Counted from the first letter of the stretch, positions 9,262-20,451 are shown. The stretch is 64,000 nucleotides of DNA from an uncultured delta proteobacterium (GCA_963793865.1 CAWCBP010000008.1:673755-737754); one strand, 5' to 3'. A program made the numbers and translations. The notes: generated by a model from the sequence alone, not told the origin.

Positions 9262-11816
9262 TTAATCTGCAGGCTGCGCCAACGGCAGGTCCAGAAAAAT
9301 CTTTGTTCCGTGGCGGGGCATTGACTCAACCCTGATTGAACCTCCCAGGTGCTGAAAACGCTCCTGGATGCTGAAAATTCCGAATCCCCCTCCTTCCGTG
9401 CTCACATGGAACCCGTCGGGATTCACCAGAAATCCCCTGCCGTCATCTTCAACCAGGACGTGGACAACCCGGTCATGCTTGCGAAGTGAAACCGTTGCCG
9501 TCTTTGCCTGCGCGTACTTCACAATGTTTATCAGCAGCTCGCGAATGCTCTGGTAGAGAAGGATGCGCACATCATCATCATAGCTGCCCGTCTCATCATC
9601 CCATTGCAGATGCGTTCTGACGCCATACTGCTTCTGAATATCCTCAAGCAGCCACTCCAGGGCCTTGCGTAAGCCGAACTCGTAGAGAAACGGGGGGACA
9701 GATCAAACATGAGCGAACGCGTGTCATGAATGCATTGTTCCAGGAGTGACCGGATGGCTGCCAGATTTGCATTTTCTCCATGTAAAGATAGTTCAGCCCC
9801 CAGCGCCCCCAGCTTGATCTTGGCAAGAGCGAGGGACTGGCTGATGCGGTCATGGATTTCCGTAGCAATGTGCCTCCTCCCCTGCTCTTCGGCAAGAGTT
9901 AATTGTGATGCCAGGCTTCGCAGCTGATTCTGATAGTCATAGAGCTTTTTATCTGCAGCCTTGTGCTCGGTGATATCCCGTGCGCATGCCACCAATCCGG
10001 TAACCCTGCCCGTGGCATCCCTTAAGGCTCCTATGCTCACTCCCAGGTCAATTATCTGCCCGTCCTTCTTCATCCAATGGTGCTCGTACGAGCATACAGC
10101 CTTCTTGCCCGACGCCACTTCCTCCAGGAGCCTATCACGTTCATCCCACTCACTTCGGGGAATAAAATCGTGTGTTCTTCTCCCCACAAGCTCTTCTTTC
10201 GAATAACCGAGTATCCGTTCCGCGGCCTCATTCATCATGGTGATGGTAGTCAGGGTATCGGCAACAACAATGCCGTCCGCCGAGGTTCTGATAACATCCT
10301 CCATGAAATTTCTGGTATCGAGGATAGTCTTTTCCGCCTTTTTCCTCTCGCTTATATCCCGGCATATGGCGACCACAGCCATGCGGTCGCCTTTCTTATC
10401 ACATATATAGAACATGGTTTGCTCCACTGGAATCAGCAGCCTGTTTTTGCTGAGGAAGTAGAATTCAACACTGGTAACACTTCCTTCTTCAATCATCCTG
10501 CCCATTGTCTCATATGTTTTGCTGTAAAAACTTTCGTCTATCTCTATGGTGCTGCCGGTAGTGGACTCATAGAGTCCCGGCTCGGGAGGGAAAAGTTCTC
10601 CCAAATGTTTTCCGACGAGCTCCGCCGGATCATAACCGACAAGTTGAACAAATGCCTTATTGACCCTGGCAATATGTGCCAGACGATTGCCGATGACGAT
10701 GGGATCAAGGGAGCTCTCAATAATGCTGTCGAGAAAGTTCATTGTTTCCTGCATCGCTTCCTCGGCACGCTTGCGCTCGGTTGCGTCAGTGATGAGCACA
10801 TAACCGGTATGCCTTCTTTCATCGCTATAACCGAACGAAAAGCGCAGGTTTACGCAGCATTGCGTGCCGTCTTTACGGGATATCCAGGTATCAACCTCTT
10901 CGGGATAAACACCGGTATTGCGGGTTTCCTGAAGAACCTGATCCTTATGGTACATATCTTCAGGGGCGGTCAGGTCCGGCCCCCAGAGAGAGATGAGCTC
11001 CTCCCGGGGATACCCGCAAATGCGGCAGGCCTGATCATTGACATAGACTATCTTCCCGTCTTCCACAATGATGAGACCGTTGGTTATGTTCTCAGCCATG
11101 CGTCTAAAGCGTGCCTCACTTGCCTCCAGCGCCCGCTCCGCCTTTTTTTTGTCGGTAATGTCACGGGCGACAGCAACAATCAGGACAACTTTTCCGTCTT
11201 TACAGATTGAGGCATTCCTCATCTCCGCAATTATGAGGGTTCCATCTTTGGCCACCAGTTCATATTCTGCTGATTCGACGGCCTCTCCATTAAAAATACG
11301 CATGGTGTCGGTTACTGCCCGGGCGAGAGACTCTTCTGTCAGCAGCCCCAGCTCAGTAAATGGTTTGCCGATCAGCTCTTCCGGCAGATAGCCTAAAAAC
11401 CTCTTCACCGATGCAGACACGGACACAATTCTGAAATCTGTGTCCAGGGAATAAATAACGTCGGCAGCATACTCAAAATTCAAGAGGTAGTGCTGCATGC
11501 GCTGCATTACTGTTTCATCCCCACCCATTTGAGTGCCTCTCTGTATCAGCGCCCGCTGCTCAAGCTCGTGTTCCGCGGCGAAGGAGAGGCGGGCGGCAAG
11601 CAGCGCTGCTTCTTTATTCCCGCTGACCCAGCCAATGATGGTTCCGTCGCACTCGACAGGATATGACTCCTGCCGGCCTTCCGTTTCCTTGCCGAAGAGG
11701 AGGTTAAAATCTTTATCTTTTACAGCAAAGGAACTGTCAAAGGTTTCTGCAAAGCGGGAAATGATGGAAGAAACTTCCGGCATCGCGATAATCCTTTCAA
11801 GACCTGTCATTTCCAT
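9262..11816 (-). CDS. Multi-PAS (4 PAS/PAC) sensor histidine kinase, HisKA_3/NarX type; frameshift in the G6 run at 9692-9697
   Basis: Repeated PAS/PAC ends (RDITxxKxAE); H-box IATEIHDRISQSL; HATPase ELLINIVKYA, EDDGRGF, GFGIFSI in the adjacent frame. Adding one base restores LSPPFLYEFGL. Confidence 0.88.
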
Positions 11817-12186
11817 GGCATCATCCGTGCATTTAAATGATCTGCATTCAACCTGCGGGGTGTAACAAATTACGTTTTAACAAACAGGGAATGCCTCTAT
11901 CAAAACAAAGAACCCCGCCTTCTCTTAGACCTTCTGCGTCTAATGAAAAACGAGGATATGTTCGCTATCGGTTTTCACCGTTCCCCTCCGGCCTGTATAA
12001 TTCTTGTATACTTAAAGCACAGTCAGAGGACAAATTCAAGGCATTTTCAGCCCGGCTGTTTTTCCCTTTGCCGGCAGGATATTTCATGGTATTGATCACC
12101 ATGCAGACGTCAACTTGACATGCTGATTGTGAGAATTGAGGAGGGATTAAGGGGCCTGGGGGTATCTCAGCAAGGAATCATGAAGA

Positions 12187-12447
12187 ATGGATTGGAATGT
12201 CTATCTGGTTAGATGCGCCGATAATACTTTGTACTGCGGGATTACCAAAGACATAGCAAGCCGCATTCAGAAGCACAATGCCGGGAAGGGGGCAAAATAT
12301 ACCAAATCCCGCCGGCCGGTTACGCTCATGGCCGCGCGCAGCGGACTGTCGAGAACTGATGCCCTCAAACTCGAGCGCTCCATTAAACGAAAGCCTGCGG
12401 GAGAAAAGATAGCGGCGTTGGGGCCTGCTTCTGCCGTGAACCGTTGA
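12187..12447 (+). CDS. GIY-YIG nuclease family protein (UPF0213/YhbQ-like)
   Basis: VYLVRCADNTLYCGIT..R..HN.GKGAKYT. Confidence 0.9.
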   Translation: MDWNVYLVRCADNTLYCGITKDIASRIQKHNAGKGAKYTKSRRPVTLMAARSGLSRTDALKLERSIKRKPAGEKIAALGPASAVNR

Positions 12448-12616
12448 CGGACATCCCCCGCCTGTCCGCCCTCTTAGTTGCATTTTCCTCTCACAAAGAG
12501 TAGCCGGTTTGCCGATAAGCTACTGGAAAAATTGCCGGCAGTCCATCAAGTGAGCAGGCCGGAAATGCTGAGCTCGGAAAGTACCGGCGGAAAACCGGAT
12601 CGGGGAGGTATGGATT

Positions 12617-13123
12617 ATGCTCTGCAAGAAAGCGGTAGCCATTGTCACCATCCTGTTCGCATGTTGTGCCTGTGATCTACAGATACCGGAAGAGCTGCGG
12701 CCGATAGAAGGCGTATGGGATCTGAATACGTTTGGGTTTCCCCCCGCTACAACCATCAGTTCCGTGGGGGAACGGTGGATACTCTCGACACTTGGGTCAG
12801 CCGACATCGATGACGCGGAGGTTGAGTGCCTGTACGCCCGGGATTACATAGAAGCATCCAACCCCTATACCGGGTTTGTGTACGACACCATTTATTATTA
12901 TGGCGGCATGGTTAAAAACCTTCCCGCTGCCTATCAGAATGAGGCCGGCGGCTACCAGTGGTTTGTGCGCAGCGATGAATATATACGCGTGGATGAATTT
13001 GATAAGGACCCCATTGCGGTCACGCATACCAAATGGTATTTCAACTTTGTGACTGAGAATACGGTGCGCGGAATTGTTCAGAACAATGAAGGCGGATGGA
13101 GCGACTTTGAAGGAACGAAGTGA
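12617..13123 (+). CDS. Hypothetical lipoprotein
   Basis: Short hydrophobic N-terminus with Cys lipobox-like LFACCAC; RBS GGAGGT. Confidence 0.6.
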   Translation: MLCKKAVAIVTILFACCACDLQIPEELRPIEGVWDLNTFGFPPATTISSVGERWILSTLGSADIDDAEVECLYARDYIEASNPYTGFVYDTIYYYGGMVKNLPAAYQNEAGGYQWFVRSDEYIRVDEFDKDPIAVTHTKWYFNFVTENTVRGIVQNNEGGWSDFEGTK

Positions 13124-13139
13124 TGTGCGATGGGGGATA

Positions 13140-13330
13140 GAGCAGTCCTTGGTCAACGGTCCACGGTGGGTGAGCAACCCCGCAAACTGCGAGCTGTCAA
13201 CCGTCAACTGCTCTTTTGTTCTGCACCCTGTCCCTGCACCCTGAACCCTGAACCCTGTCCCCCGTATTCCGGTATTCCATCCCTCCACTGTTCCATTACT
13301 CATTCCTTCCAGCACTCCCATTCCCCCTTT
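13140..13330. repeat. Mosaic intergenic repeat (7-mer and 8-mer degenerate tandems); sister copy at about 17685-17925
   Basis: GTGAGCAACCCyGCAAAC..TCAACTGCTC..TGTTCTGCACCCTG shared with about 17855-17915; CACCCTG/AACCCTG and ACTCC-type tandems. Confidence 0.7.
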
Positions 13331-13423
13331 GTTTTATTATCCTTTTAAGCACATTTGTGTTAGAGAATAGCCGGGATGTAATAACGTGCCTGTAAGAAAC
13401 CACACCAATCTATCAAGCATACC

Positions 13424-15595
13424 ATGAACCAGGCGCACATAACAAAAATTGCCAATGAATTGAAGCTGCGCGAAAAACAGGTCATAGCATCCGCTCAGTT
13501 GCTTGAAGAAGATGCCACCATTCCTTTCATTGCACGGTACAGAAAGGAAGCGACCGGCAGTCTGGATGAAATTGCCATTACTGCCATTCGCGACAGATTA
13601 CATCAGCTTCAGGAGCTTGATAAGCGTCGCGAATCAATACTGAAATCGCTGGACGAACGAGACCTGCTGACGGATGAACTCAAAGATAAAATCATGGCTG
13701 CGGAAAGCATGCCCGTCCTTGAGGACCTGTATCTTCCATTCAGACCAAAACGCCGGACGCGGGCGGCCATCGCCAGAGAAAAAGGGCTGGAGCCTCTTGC
13801 GCAACTCATCATTGAGCAAGGTCACATAGATCCATTATCAGAAGCGCACAAATTCATTTCTGCGGACAAAGGAGTTGAAACTGCTGATGATGCCCTTCAG
13901 GGGGCACGGGACATCATTGCTGAATGGGTTAATGAAGACCGGGCTGCGCGAGCTGCTGTCAGGAAACTTTTTGAAGAAAAAGGCGCCGTCAGATCACGGG
14001 TTTCACCGGGGAAGGAGGAAGCGGCGGTAAAGTACAGGGACTACTATGAGTGGGAAGAGGCGATTGCTAAAATCCCGTCCCATAGACTGCTTGCCATGAT
14101 GCGGGGTGAAAATGAAGCATTATTGACACTCCACATCCTCCCGGAAGAGAAGCAGGCGCTGGAGGTGCTTGAAAAGCAATTTGTAAAAAACAGCAGCCCG
14201 GCCGCTGAACAGGTAAAAATGGCTGTGCATGACAGCTATAAGAGACTGCTCTCTTCCTCCCTGGAAAATGAATTGCGGGCTTCCTCGAAGCAAAAAGCTG
14301 ATGAAGAAGCAATCAGGGTGTTTGCGGAAAATCTTCGCCAGCTCTTACTTTCACCCCCTCTGGGACAGAAAAGAATCATGGGCATTGACCCGGGATATCG
14401 CACCGGGTGCAAAGTAGTGTGCCTGGACAGCCAGGGCAAGCTTCTGCACAATGATACCATTTACCCTCACGCGCCTCAAAACCGGAAGGATACGGCAGCT
14501 GAGATCATCCGCACACTGTATAAAAAATGTGCTGTCGAGGTAATCGCCATAGGTGACGGTACCGCGGGGCGGGAAACCTATGACTTTGTGATATCCCTCA
14601 AGCTGAGCGGCGACGGCACGGTAGTGATGGTTGATGAGGACGGGGCATCGGTTTACTCGGCCTCAAAGGCAGCCCAGGAGGAATTTCCGGCCTATGATTT
14701 GACGGTGCGGGGCGCAGTCTCAATCGGCAGAAGACTCATGGACCCGCTTGCCGAGCTGGTTAAAATTGAGCCCAAGTCCATAGGCGTCGGACAGTACCAG
14801 CACGATGTGGATCAAAAACTTTTAAAGGAAAAGCTTGATGATGTGGTGATGAGCTGCGTCAACATGGTCGGGGTAGAGCTTAATACCGCAAGCAGAGAGC
14901 TTCTCTCCTATGTTTCCGGACTGAGCCCGAAGCGCGCTCAAAATATTATAGACTACAGAAATGAACATGGCCCTTTTACATCCAGGGAGAAGCTCAATGC
15001 AGTGCCGGGCCTCGGGCCGAAGGCCTTTGAACAGTCGGCAGGCTTCCTCCGCATCAGGGACGGGCAGAACCCTCTTGATGCCAGCGCGGTTCACCCCGAG
15101 AGCTACCACATTGTAGAGAAAATGGCACAAGACCTTGCGTCCTCGGTAACAGACCTCCTGCGGGACGAGGATTTACGAAAGAAGATCGACCCGAATAAAT
15201 ATGTGACCGGTACAGCAGGGCTGCCCACCTTGCATGACATCATGTCGGAGCTCTCCAAACCGGGCCGTGATCCCAGGGATACATTTACGGCATTCAGCTT
15301 TGCGGAGGGCATACACAGCATGGAGGACCTTACAGTCGGCATGAAGCTGCCCGGTATGGTGACCAACATAACCAACTTTGGCGCCTTTGTGGATATCGGA
15401 GTACATCAGGACGGACTTGTTCATATAAGCGAACTTGCGGATAGATTTGTAAAGAATCCCGCCGAAGTGGTTAAGCTGCATCAAAAGGTGGAGGTAACCG
15501 TAACCGGTGTCGATAGTGCAAGGAAAAGAATCAGCCTGTCCATGAAGAGCAAACCGGGGACACATAAAGTGACGGGCAGCGACCGCAGGGTGTGA
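13424..15595 (+). CDS. tex: Tex family RNA-binding transcriptional accessory protein (C-terminal S1 domain)
   Basis: TIPFIARYRKEATGSLDE, GIDPGYRTGCK, DPLAELVKIEPKSIGVGQYQHDV, FGAFVDIGVHQDGLVHIS. Confidence 0.95.
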   Translation: MNQAHITKIANELKLREKQVIASAQLLEEDATIPFIARYRKEATGSLDEIAITAIRDRLHQLQELDKRRESILKSLDERDLLTDELKDKIMAAESMPVLEDLYLPFRPKRRTRAAIAREKGLEPLAQLIIEQGHIDPLSEAHKFISADKGVETADDALQGARDIIAEWVNEDRAARAAVRKLFEEKGAVRSRVSPGKEEAAVKYRDYYEWEEAIAKIPSHRLLAMMRGENEALLTLHILPEEKQALEVLEKQFVKNSSPAAEQVKMAVHDSYKRLLSSSLENELRASSKQKADEEAIRVFAENLRQLLLSPPLGQKRIMGIDPGYRTGCKVVCLDSQGKLLHNDTIYPHAPQNRKDTAAEIIRTLYKKCAVEVIAIGDGTAGRETYDFVISLKLSGDGTVVMVDEDGASVYSASKAAQEEFPAYDLTVRGAVSIGRRLMDPLAELVKIEPKSIGVGQYQHDVDQKLLKEKLDDVVMSCVNMVGVELNTASRELLSYVSGLSPKRAQNIIDYRNEHGPFTSREKLNAVPGLGPKAFEQSAGFLRIRDGQNPLDASAVHPESYHIVEKMAQDLASSVTDLLRDEDLRKKIDPNKYVTGTAGLPTLHDIMSELSKPGRDPRDTFTAFSFAEGIHSMEDLTVGMKLPGMVTNITNFGAFVDIGVHQDGLVHISELADRFVKNPAEVVKLHQKVEVTVTGVDSARKRISLSMKSKPGTHKVTGSDRRV

Positions 15596-15704
15596 ACTCA
15601 GCTTGGAATGCACCCTTGCGCCTGACGTGTGAGGGCTTCATTCGCCCCGCGTTTCACATGCGACTGATTTCACGCCATTCATTCCAGGGCATGCGACAGG
15701 CAGG

Positions 15705-15738
15705 AAAAAGGCAGGAGCCGAATTGATCTCCTGCCTTT
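15705..15738 (-). terminator. Rho-independent terminator between convergent tex and the HesB-like gene
   Basis: AAAGGCAGGAG / CTCCTGCCTTT stem with a T tract on the minus strand. Confidence 0.6.
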
Positions 15739-15781
15739 AGACTATCGTGCCATTTTCAGTCGGTAACGGTTTATGATTCTG

Positions 15782-16096
15782 TCATGAACATCCCGGGGAT
15801 GATGAACTGCATCCCCCGCACCCGCTTTCGAATACCATGCTGCTGGTTATATGAAACCCCATACCCATAAAATCTATCTTTATGGGCTTTGCCTTTTCCA
15901 GCAATTCTTTATCCACCACGTACTTGAATCCACTGATATCATAAACCTCATCATTGTCGTTTGGCTCATCCAGAGCCAATGTAAGATTAGGACCCCCTCA
16001 GCCACCCTGGTTTAACAATATGCGAATCGCTGAAACGTCCCTGCCCTTGAGCTGCTCTGCTATCTGTTTTGCAGCGGACTCACTGATCTCAACCAT
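15782..16096 (-). CDS. HesB/IscA-like selenoprotein (UGA = Sec at 15998-16000)
   Basis: ATG at 16096 with RBS GGAGG reads MVEISESAAKQI..IRILLNQGG-TGA-GGPNLTLALDEP..; C-terminal CGGC; hairpin TTGGCTC-TGGAT-GAGCCAA begins 18 nt after the UGA. Confidence 0.88.
15961..15979 (-). promoter_or_regulatory. Putative bacterial SECIS hairpin
   Basis: Perfect 7-bp stem with a G-containing 5-nt loop just 3' of the in-frame UGA. Confidence 0.65.
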
Positions 16097-16342
16097 GTCA
16101 TCCTCCCTGTATGCTGTTATTTATTATCCTCTTCACCGTAAAAACGAGGGGTGAAGGAACAAATGTATATCATTTTTTGAGACCTTCAGCAATACCTTGT
16201 TGCTCTTTTTTAGTGCAACTACCGGAAAAGAGAGCCGTTGTTTGCAAGGTGGAATTGGTGACGGGATACATGATACACGATGCAGGATCCAGGATAGGAT
16301 GTTTATCCCTCTATCCTGCGTCCTGTCCCCTGTCCCCTGACG

Positions 16343-17632
16343 TTAGTAGGTTTTTTCATCAAGAAAAGCAGTGGGTACGGATCTTTTATCAATGATCTCT
16401 TTGTATGCCTCAACTGCTCCCGTGGCGATCCGCTCCAGGGAAGGATCAGAGAGGCAGTCCACGGTATAGAGACCGAAGCGGGGATCAAAGGATCCCCATT
16501 CATAATTGTCGGTGAGGGACCAGTACGAATAACCGATGACATTTACCCCCTCGCTATAGGCCCGCTGCACATTGTAGAGCATGTGGGCCAGATGCTTTTC
16601 CCTGGTCCATCCGTCTGACCGCGGGGCGCCGTTGTCCGTGGCCATGCCGTTTTCCATAATAAATATGGGCAGCCATGGGTAGGCGGCGCTGTATTTTTTG
16701 AGCGCACCATAGAGTCCCCCGGGATGGATGGGTGCGTCCCATAGAGGAGACAGGGCTTCCCGCAGGGTGCTGTACCGGTAATAATAATCCAGTGCTATGT
16801 AATCGCATTTGTCCGCCGCGGACTTAAGGAGCCGGTTCTGCTCAAGGAAGCAGTTGCCGACAACTCCGCATAAGGGCCAACCAAACTGGAACTCGAAAAA
16901 GGTAAAGGAAACCTTTGCCTGGGGATCTGCCTGGTGAATGTAATCGTACAGGTCCCGATGTGTGTCCATCATTACCCGATTGACCCGGGCGGCGCTTAGA
17001 ACGTTCCGCATGCCCGGGGGCCAGGTACCAAGAATGAAGCCGCACAGCACATAAATGTTGGGCTCGTTAAAGGTTATCCAGTATTTTACCTTCTCCTTGT
17101 AGCGATTTACCACAAACAACGCGTGATTTATAAAAAATCCGGCATTGTCGGGGTTCATAAATCCGCCGGCTGCCTCGAACCACTGGGGATGGGAAAAATG
17201 ATGAAGCGTCACCACGGGTGTCATTCCCCCGGCCGCGATTGAATCAATGAGGTCGTCGTAGAAGGCAATGGCGGAGGAATCATAGCTTCCCTGTTCAGGT
17301 TCGATTCTGGACCACTCGATGCCGATCCTGAAGGTATTAACATTCATTTCATTTGCCAGCGTGATGTCTTCCCGGTACCGATGAAGGAAATCCGCTGACA
17401 CCCCGGGCTGGTCCTGCGTATGTCCCGTCGCTGCCCATTCGGTCCACTGGCTGGCGGGATTGTTTCCCTCGGACTGGAACCCGGAGGAGGACACGCCCCA
17501 CATGAAGTTTTCAGGAAAGGGCGGCACAGCACATTCCACAGCGTTTCCCTGTGGCGGGAATGTGATCATCAACGCTATGAGGGAAATTATGATGCTGAAC
17601 AACCTGGTTTTTAATGAAGATCGTGTTTTCAC
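16343..17632 (-). CDS. Glycoside hydrolase family 1 protein with N-terminal signal/anchor
   Basis: FPENFMWGVSSSGFQSEG, TFNEP (acid/base), IMENG (nucleophile), WSLTDNYEW. GTG start at 17632 is inferred. Confidence 0.88.
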   Translation of the reverse strand: MKTRSSLKTRLFSIIISLIALMITFPPQGNAVECAVPPFPENFMWGVSSSGFQSEGNNPASQWTEWAATGHTQDQPGVSADFLHRYREDITLANEMNVNTFRIGIEWSRIEPEQGSYDSSAIAFYDDLIDSIAAGGMTPVVTLHHFSHPQWFEAAGGFMNPDNAGFFINHALFVVNRYKEKVKYWITFNEPNIYVLCGFILGTWPPGMRNVLSAARVNRVMMDTHRDLYDYIHQADPQAKVSFTFFEFQFGWPLCGVVGNCFLEQNRLLKSAADKCDYIALDYYYRYSTLREALSPLWDAPIHPGGLYGALKKYSAAYPWLPIFIMENGMATDNGAPRSDGWTREKHLAHMLYNVQRAYSEGVNVIGYSYWSLTDNYEWGSFDPRFGLYTVDCLSDPSLERIATGAVEAYKEIIDKRSVPTAFLDEKTY

Positions 17633-17922
17633 ATTCGCATCCTGCTGCACGTTAATAAGAAATTTTGGGCCGTGTGTTGACAGGAGCAGTCCACGGTCAA
17701 CGGTCGATAGTCTGGATACCATTACTCCAATACTCCATCACTCCAGTACCACAGCTTTTAAACACGAAGCTCACGAGAAAAGTGCACGAAGGAAACGATG
17801 GCGAGGAGCCGTCTGCGGTCCATAATCCAGGTCGACAGTCCATAGTCGACGGTGCGTGAGCAACCCTGCAAACCGTGAACTGTCAACTGCTCCTCTGTTC
17901 TGCACCCTGCACCCTGACCCCT

Positions 17923-18789
17923 CTACTTTATTGCCAGCGTAAATGTGGTTACGCCGGAATTGATGGCCTCGGTTATTTCCCTGTCGCAGGTATGAATGAA
18001 GGAAAAATGTTTCTTCAAATGCTGCATGGCCTCCCCGAGGGTGAGGAACTTCGTCCCGATCCTCTCGTAGAGAAAGTCAAACGCCATTTTTCTGCCGGTG
18101 ATACTTAAATCATCCTGCATAACAAGAATGTCCGCCAGCGGGGAGATCATGTCGATCGCCTCATGTCCTGCATAGGGCAGGCAGAACCGTTCGAACACAA
18201 GAACCGGCTTTACCAGGCCGTCAACCAGCTCCCCGGGCGGCTTCTCATTTATATTCCAGATAAAGGCATTAATGGCAAGGGATGGAAATGATTTTTTCAG
18301 ATTTTCACGGACCTGCAGAATGCCGGGAGCCCTGTCGGATATGATAAGCGGAACAGTAATGTTCCTGTGCATCATCGCTTCGCATATGCTTTTGCTGACC
18401 TGGCCGGGTCCGGCTCCAACTTCCACCAGCGTGCCTACCCTGACGGTTGAAATAATAGCGGAGACGGTTGCCACCATGACATTGGTGAATATCCGGTACA
18501 GGGGACTGGCCGCCTTGTCCTTGAAGATTTCCTGTATCCGGGGATCCGCCCAGTCCCACTCCGACTCCCTGGTTACCTTGGCAATCAGTCGCATCATCTG
18601 CAGAAGGGGAAGGTACACCGGCGGTATCTCATCATCGCGCACATCCCCGCCTTCCAAAAGTATTCCGGCGGCACGTTCCAACGGCTGCCAATTGCCCAGA
18701 ACGCCGGTCATGTCCTGATAGTACTGCTGCATCGGTTCCCGGATCGCTTTGAGAATAACATCCTTGTTAATCATAATCTCCTCGTTCAC
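17923..18789 (-). CDS. Hypothetical protein, SAM-dependent methyltransferase-like fold
   Basis: LVEVGAGPG motif I followed by IISD. Confidence 0.55.
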   Translation of the reverse strand: MNEEIMINKDVILKAIREPMQQYYQDMTGVLGNWQPLERAAGILLEGGDVRDDEIPPVYLPLLQMMRLIAKVTRESEWDWADPRIQEIFKDKAASPLYRIFTNVMVATVSAIISTVRVGTLVEVGAGPGQVSKSICEAMMHRNITVPLIISDRAPGILQVRENLKKSFPSLAINAFIWNINEKPPGELVDGLVKPVLVFERFCLPYAGHEAIDMISPLADILVMQDDLSITGRKMAFDFLYERIGTKFLTLGEAMQHLKKHFSFIHTCDREITEAINSGVTTFTLAIK

Positions 18790-19029
18790 GCCAGATCCAT
18801 GTTGAGCCGGAGATGTGACAAGCGCTGCAAGACATCATCAGCCGGCTGGTAAGCATTGTTGAGATTTGATGTTAACAGAGTTTTGTTTTTTCTACACCTG
18901 ATTTTATTATATGGCAGATAATTTGAATAATATTTCAACAATGAGCGCCGGCTGTGGTATAGTGGGCAAAAGCCTGCCACTGTAATATTTTCATTATCTG
19001 GAATAGGAAAAAGTGAGGGAGGAAGCAGT

Positions 19030-19461
19030 ATGCGTATGGATGAAATGATTACCAGGATGCGGCATATCGGCTATATCGTGAAGGACATGGACCGGTCGGT
19101 CAACACCTTTAAAAAGCTTTTCGATCTCAAGGATGAGGACATCCGGATGCTGACCGCGGATGATACCGGAGGCGCGGGCGCGTTTGCATTCATACCGGTC
19201 GGCGGAACCGAGCTGGAATTGATTCAGCCCGTTTCAGATTACTTCAAGGAAATGACCGGCGATCCCCCCGAGGGGATCAATCACATCGCATTCCAGGTGA
19301 AGGATGTTGAACAGGCAGTCAGGATCATGGAGGAGAAAGGTGTTCATCTGGGTTATATCACCAGGGACGGCATTTTTGATACGGGGAAGACAAAAATTGC
19401 CTACCTGGATCCCAAAGACACCGACGGCATCCTTATAGAGCTGGTTGAATCACAGGATTAA
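19030..19461 (+). CDS. VOC family protein (methylmalonyl-CoA epimerase-like)
   Basis: HIGYIVKD, ELELIQP, GINHIAFQV, GILIELVE. Confidence 0.85.
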   Translation: MRMDEMITRMRHIGYIVKDMDRSVNTFKKLFDLKDEDIRMLTADDTGGAGAFAFIPVGGTELELIQPVSDYFKEMTGDPPEGINHIAFQVKDVEQAVRIMEEKGVHLGYITRDGIFDTGKTKIAYLDPKDTDGILIELVESQD

Positions 19462-19520
19462 GGTCGGGACGCGGTTAAGGGTTATTGCGACCGGACGTTT
19501 CACGTACCGGTCAGGAGGGT

Positions 19521-20216
19521 ATGAATATGGCTGAGGGAGGAAAAACAGTTTTAGTGGCGGGGGCAACCGGCCGGGCAGGCAGGTGCATTGTCAGGGAACT
19601 GCTGAATCGCGGCTATTCGGTGCGGGCGCTTATCGTTCCGCCATTTGATCCCCCTGATCCCCCGGGGCTGCGTTCCCAGGGCGTCGAGCTTGTGGCAGGC
19701 GATCTCACATCGGTCCCGTCGCTTGAAAAGGCGATGGAGGGAGTTAGCTTTCTCATAAGTGCCATCGGCAGCAGAAAGCCGTTCAGCAAATCAGAGAATG
19801 ACAGGATTGACAACATGGGCAATCAGAATCTTGCCCGCGCTGCCAGGGCAAAGGGGCTTGCGAAGATTGTCGTCATATCCTCCGTGGGCGCCGGCAACAG
19901 CCGGAACGCGCTCTCCTTCATGTACAAGCTGATGATGTCGCCGATCCTGCGGGCGAAGGAAAAATCCGAGGCCTTTATCCAGTCATTCGGCATGACCTAC
20001 ACCATCATCAGGCCTGGCGGTTATGGAGACAAGGAGGTTTCCGGGCAGATTGCCTTTGGCGAGGGCGGGAAGATTACCGGCCGCATAACCCGTGAACAGA
20101 TTGCCAGGGTGTGTGCTGATGCATTGGCCAACCAGGCCATGAACAACCGCACCTTTGAAGTGGTTGACGCGGCAACGGTTGCCCCGGAACGGCGGCAGTT
20201 CATTATCAAGGTTTAG
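19521..20216 (+). CDS. Atypical SDR / NAD(P)H-binding protein
   Basis: VLVAGATGRAG, ISSVG, K..SE, YTIIRPGG; RBS AGGAGG. Confidence 0.85.
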   Translation: MNMAEGGKTVLVAGATGRAGRCIVRELLNRGYSVRALIVPPFDPPDPPGLRSQGVELVAGDLTSVPSLEKAMEGVSFLISAIGSRKPFSKSENDRIDNMGNQNLARAARAKGLAKIVVISSVGAGNSRNALSFMYKLMMSPILRAKEKSEAFIQSFGMTYTIIRPGGYGDKEVSGQIAFGEGGKITGRITREQIARVCADALANQAMNNRTFEVVDAATVAPERRQFIIKV

Positions 20217-20451
20217 AAGAGGAGATAGTCCAAGGTCCACAGTCCATAGTCGATGGTCCACCGCTGAACAAGATGCCTGTACACAGCTCACTGCCCCATG
20301 AGTCAGAATCAAGCATCAAGGAACCATTACTCCGTTAATCCAGTACTCCAACCTTCGTGCTGCGCAGGCTCGATACTGCAAAACTGCTTCCCATTCTCAT
20401 CCGCCCCATGTATGATGTCATCATCACAGCTGTCGTCAAAGGAGGTCCGGC

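Noticed and set aside
9692..9697. G6 tract in the kinase as a phase-variation switch
   Set aside because: The tract is short and similar indels hit many unrelated genes, so assembly error is more parsimonious.
10077..11210. Long opposite-strand ORFs (also 3204-4175, 5701-6717, 28594-29661, 30166-31065, 35673-36620)
   Set aside because: Fully antisense to well-supported genes and lack motifs, as expected in GC-rich DNA.
12187..12447. GIY-YIG gene as a homing endonuclease or mobile element
   Set aside because: Short stand-alone UPF0213-type protein with no intron, terminal repeats or DNA-binding extension.
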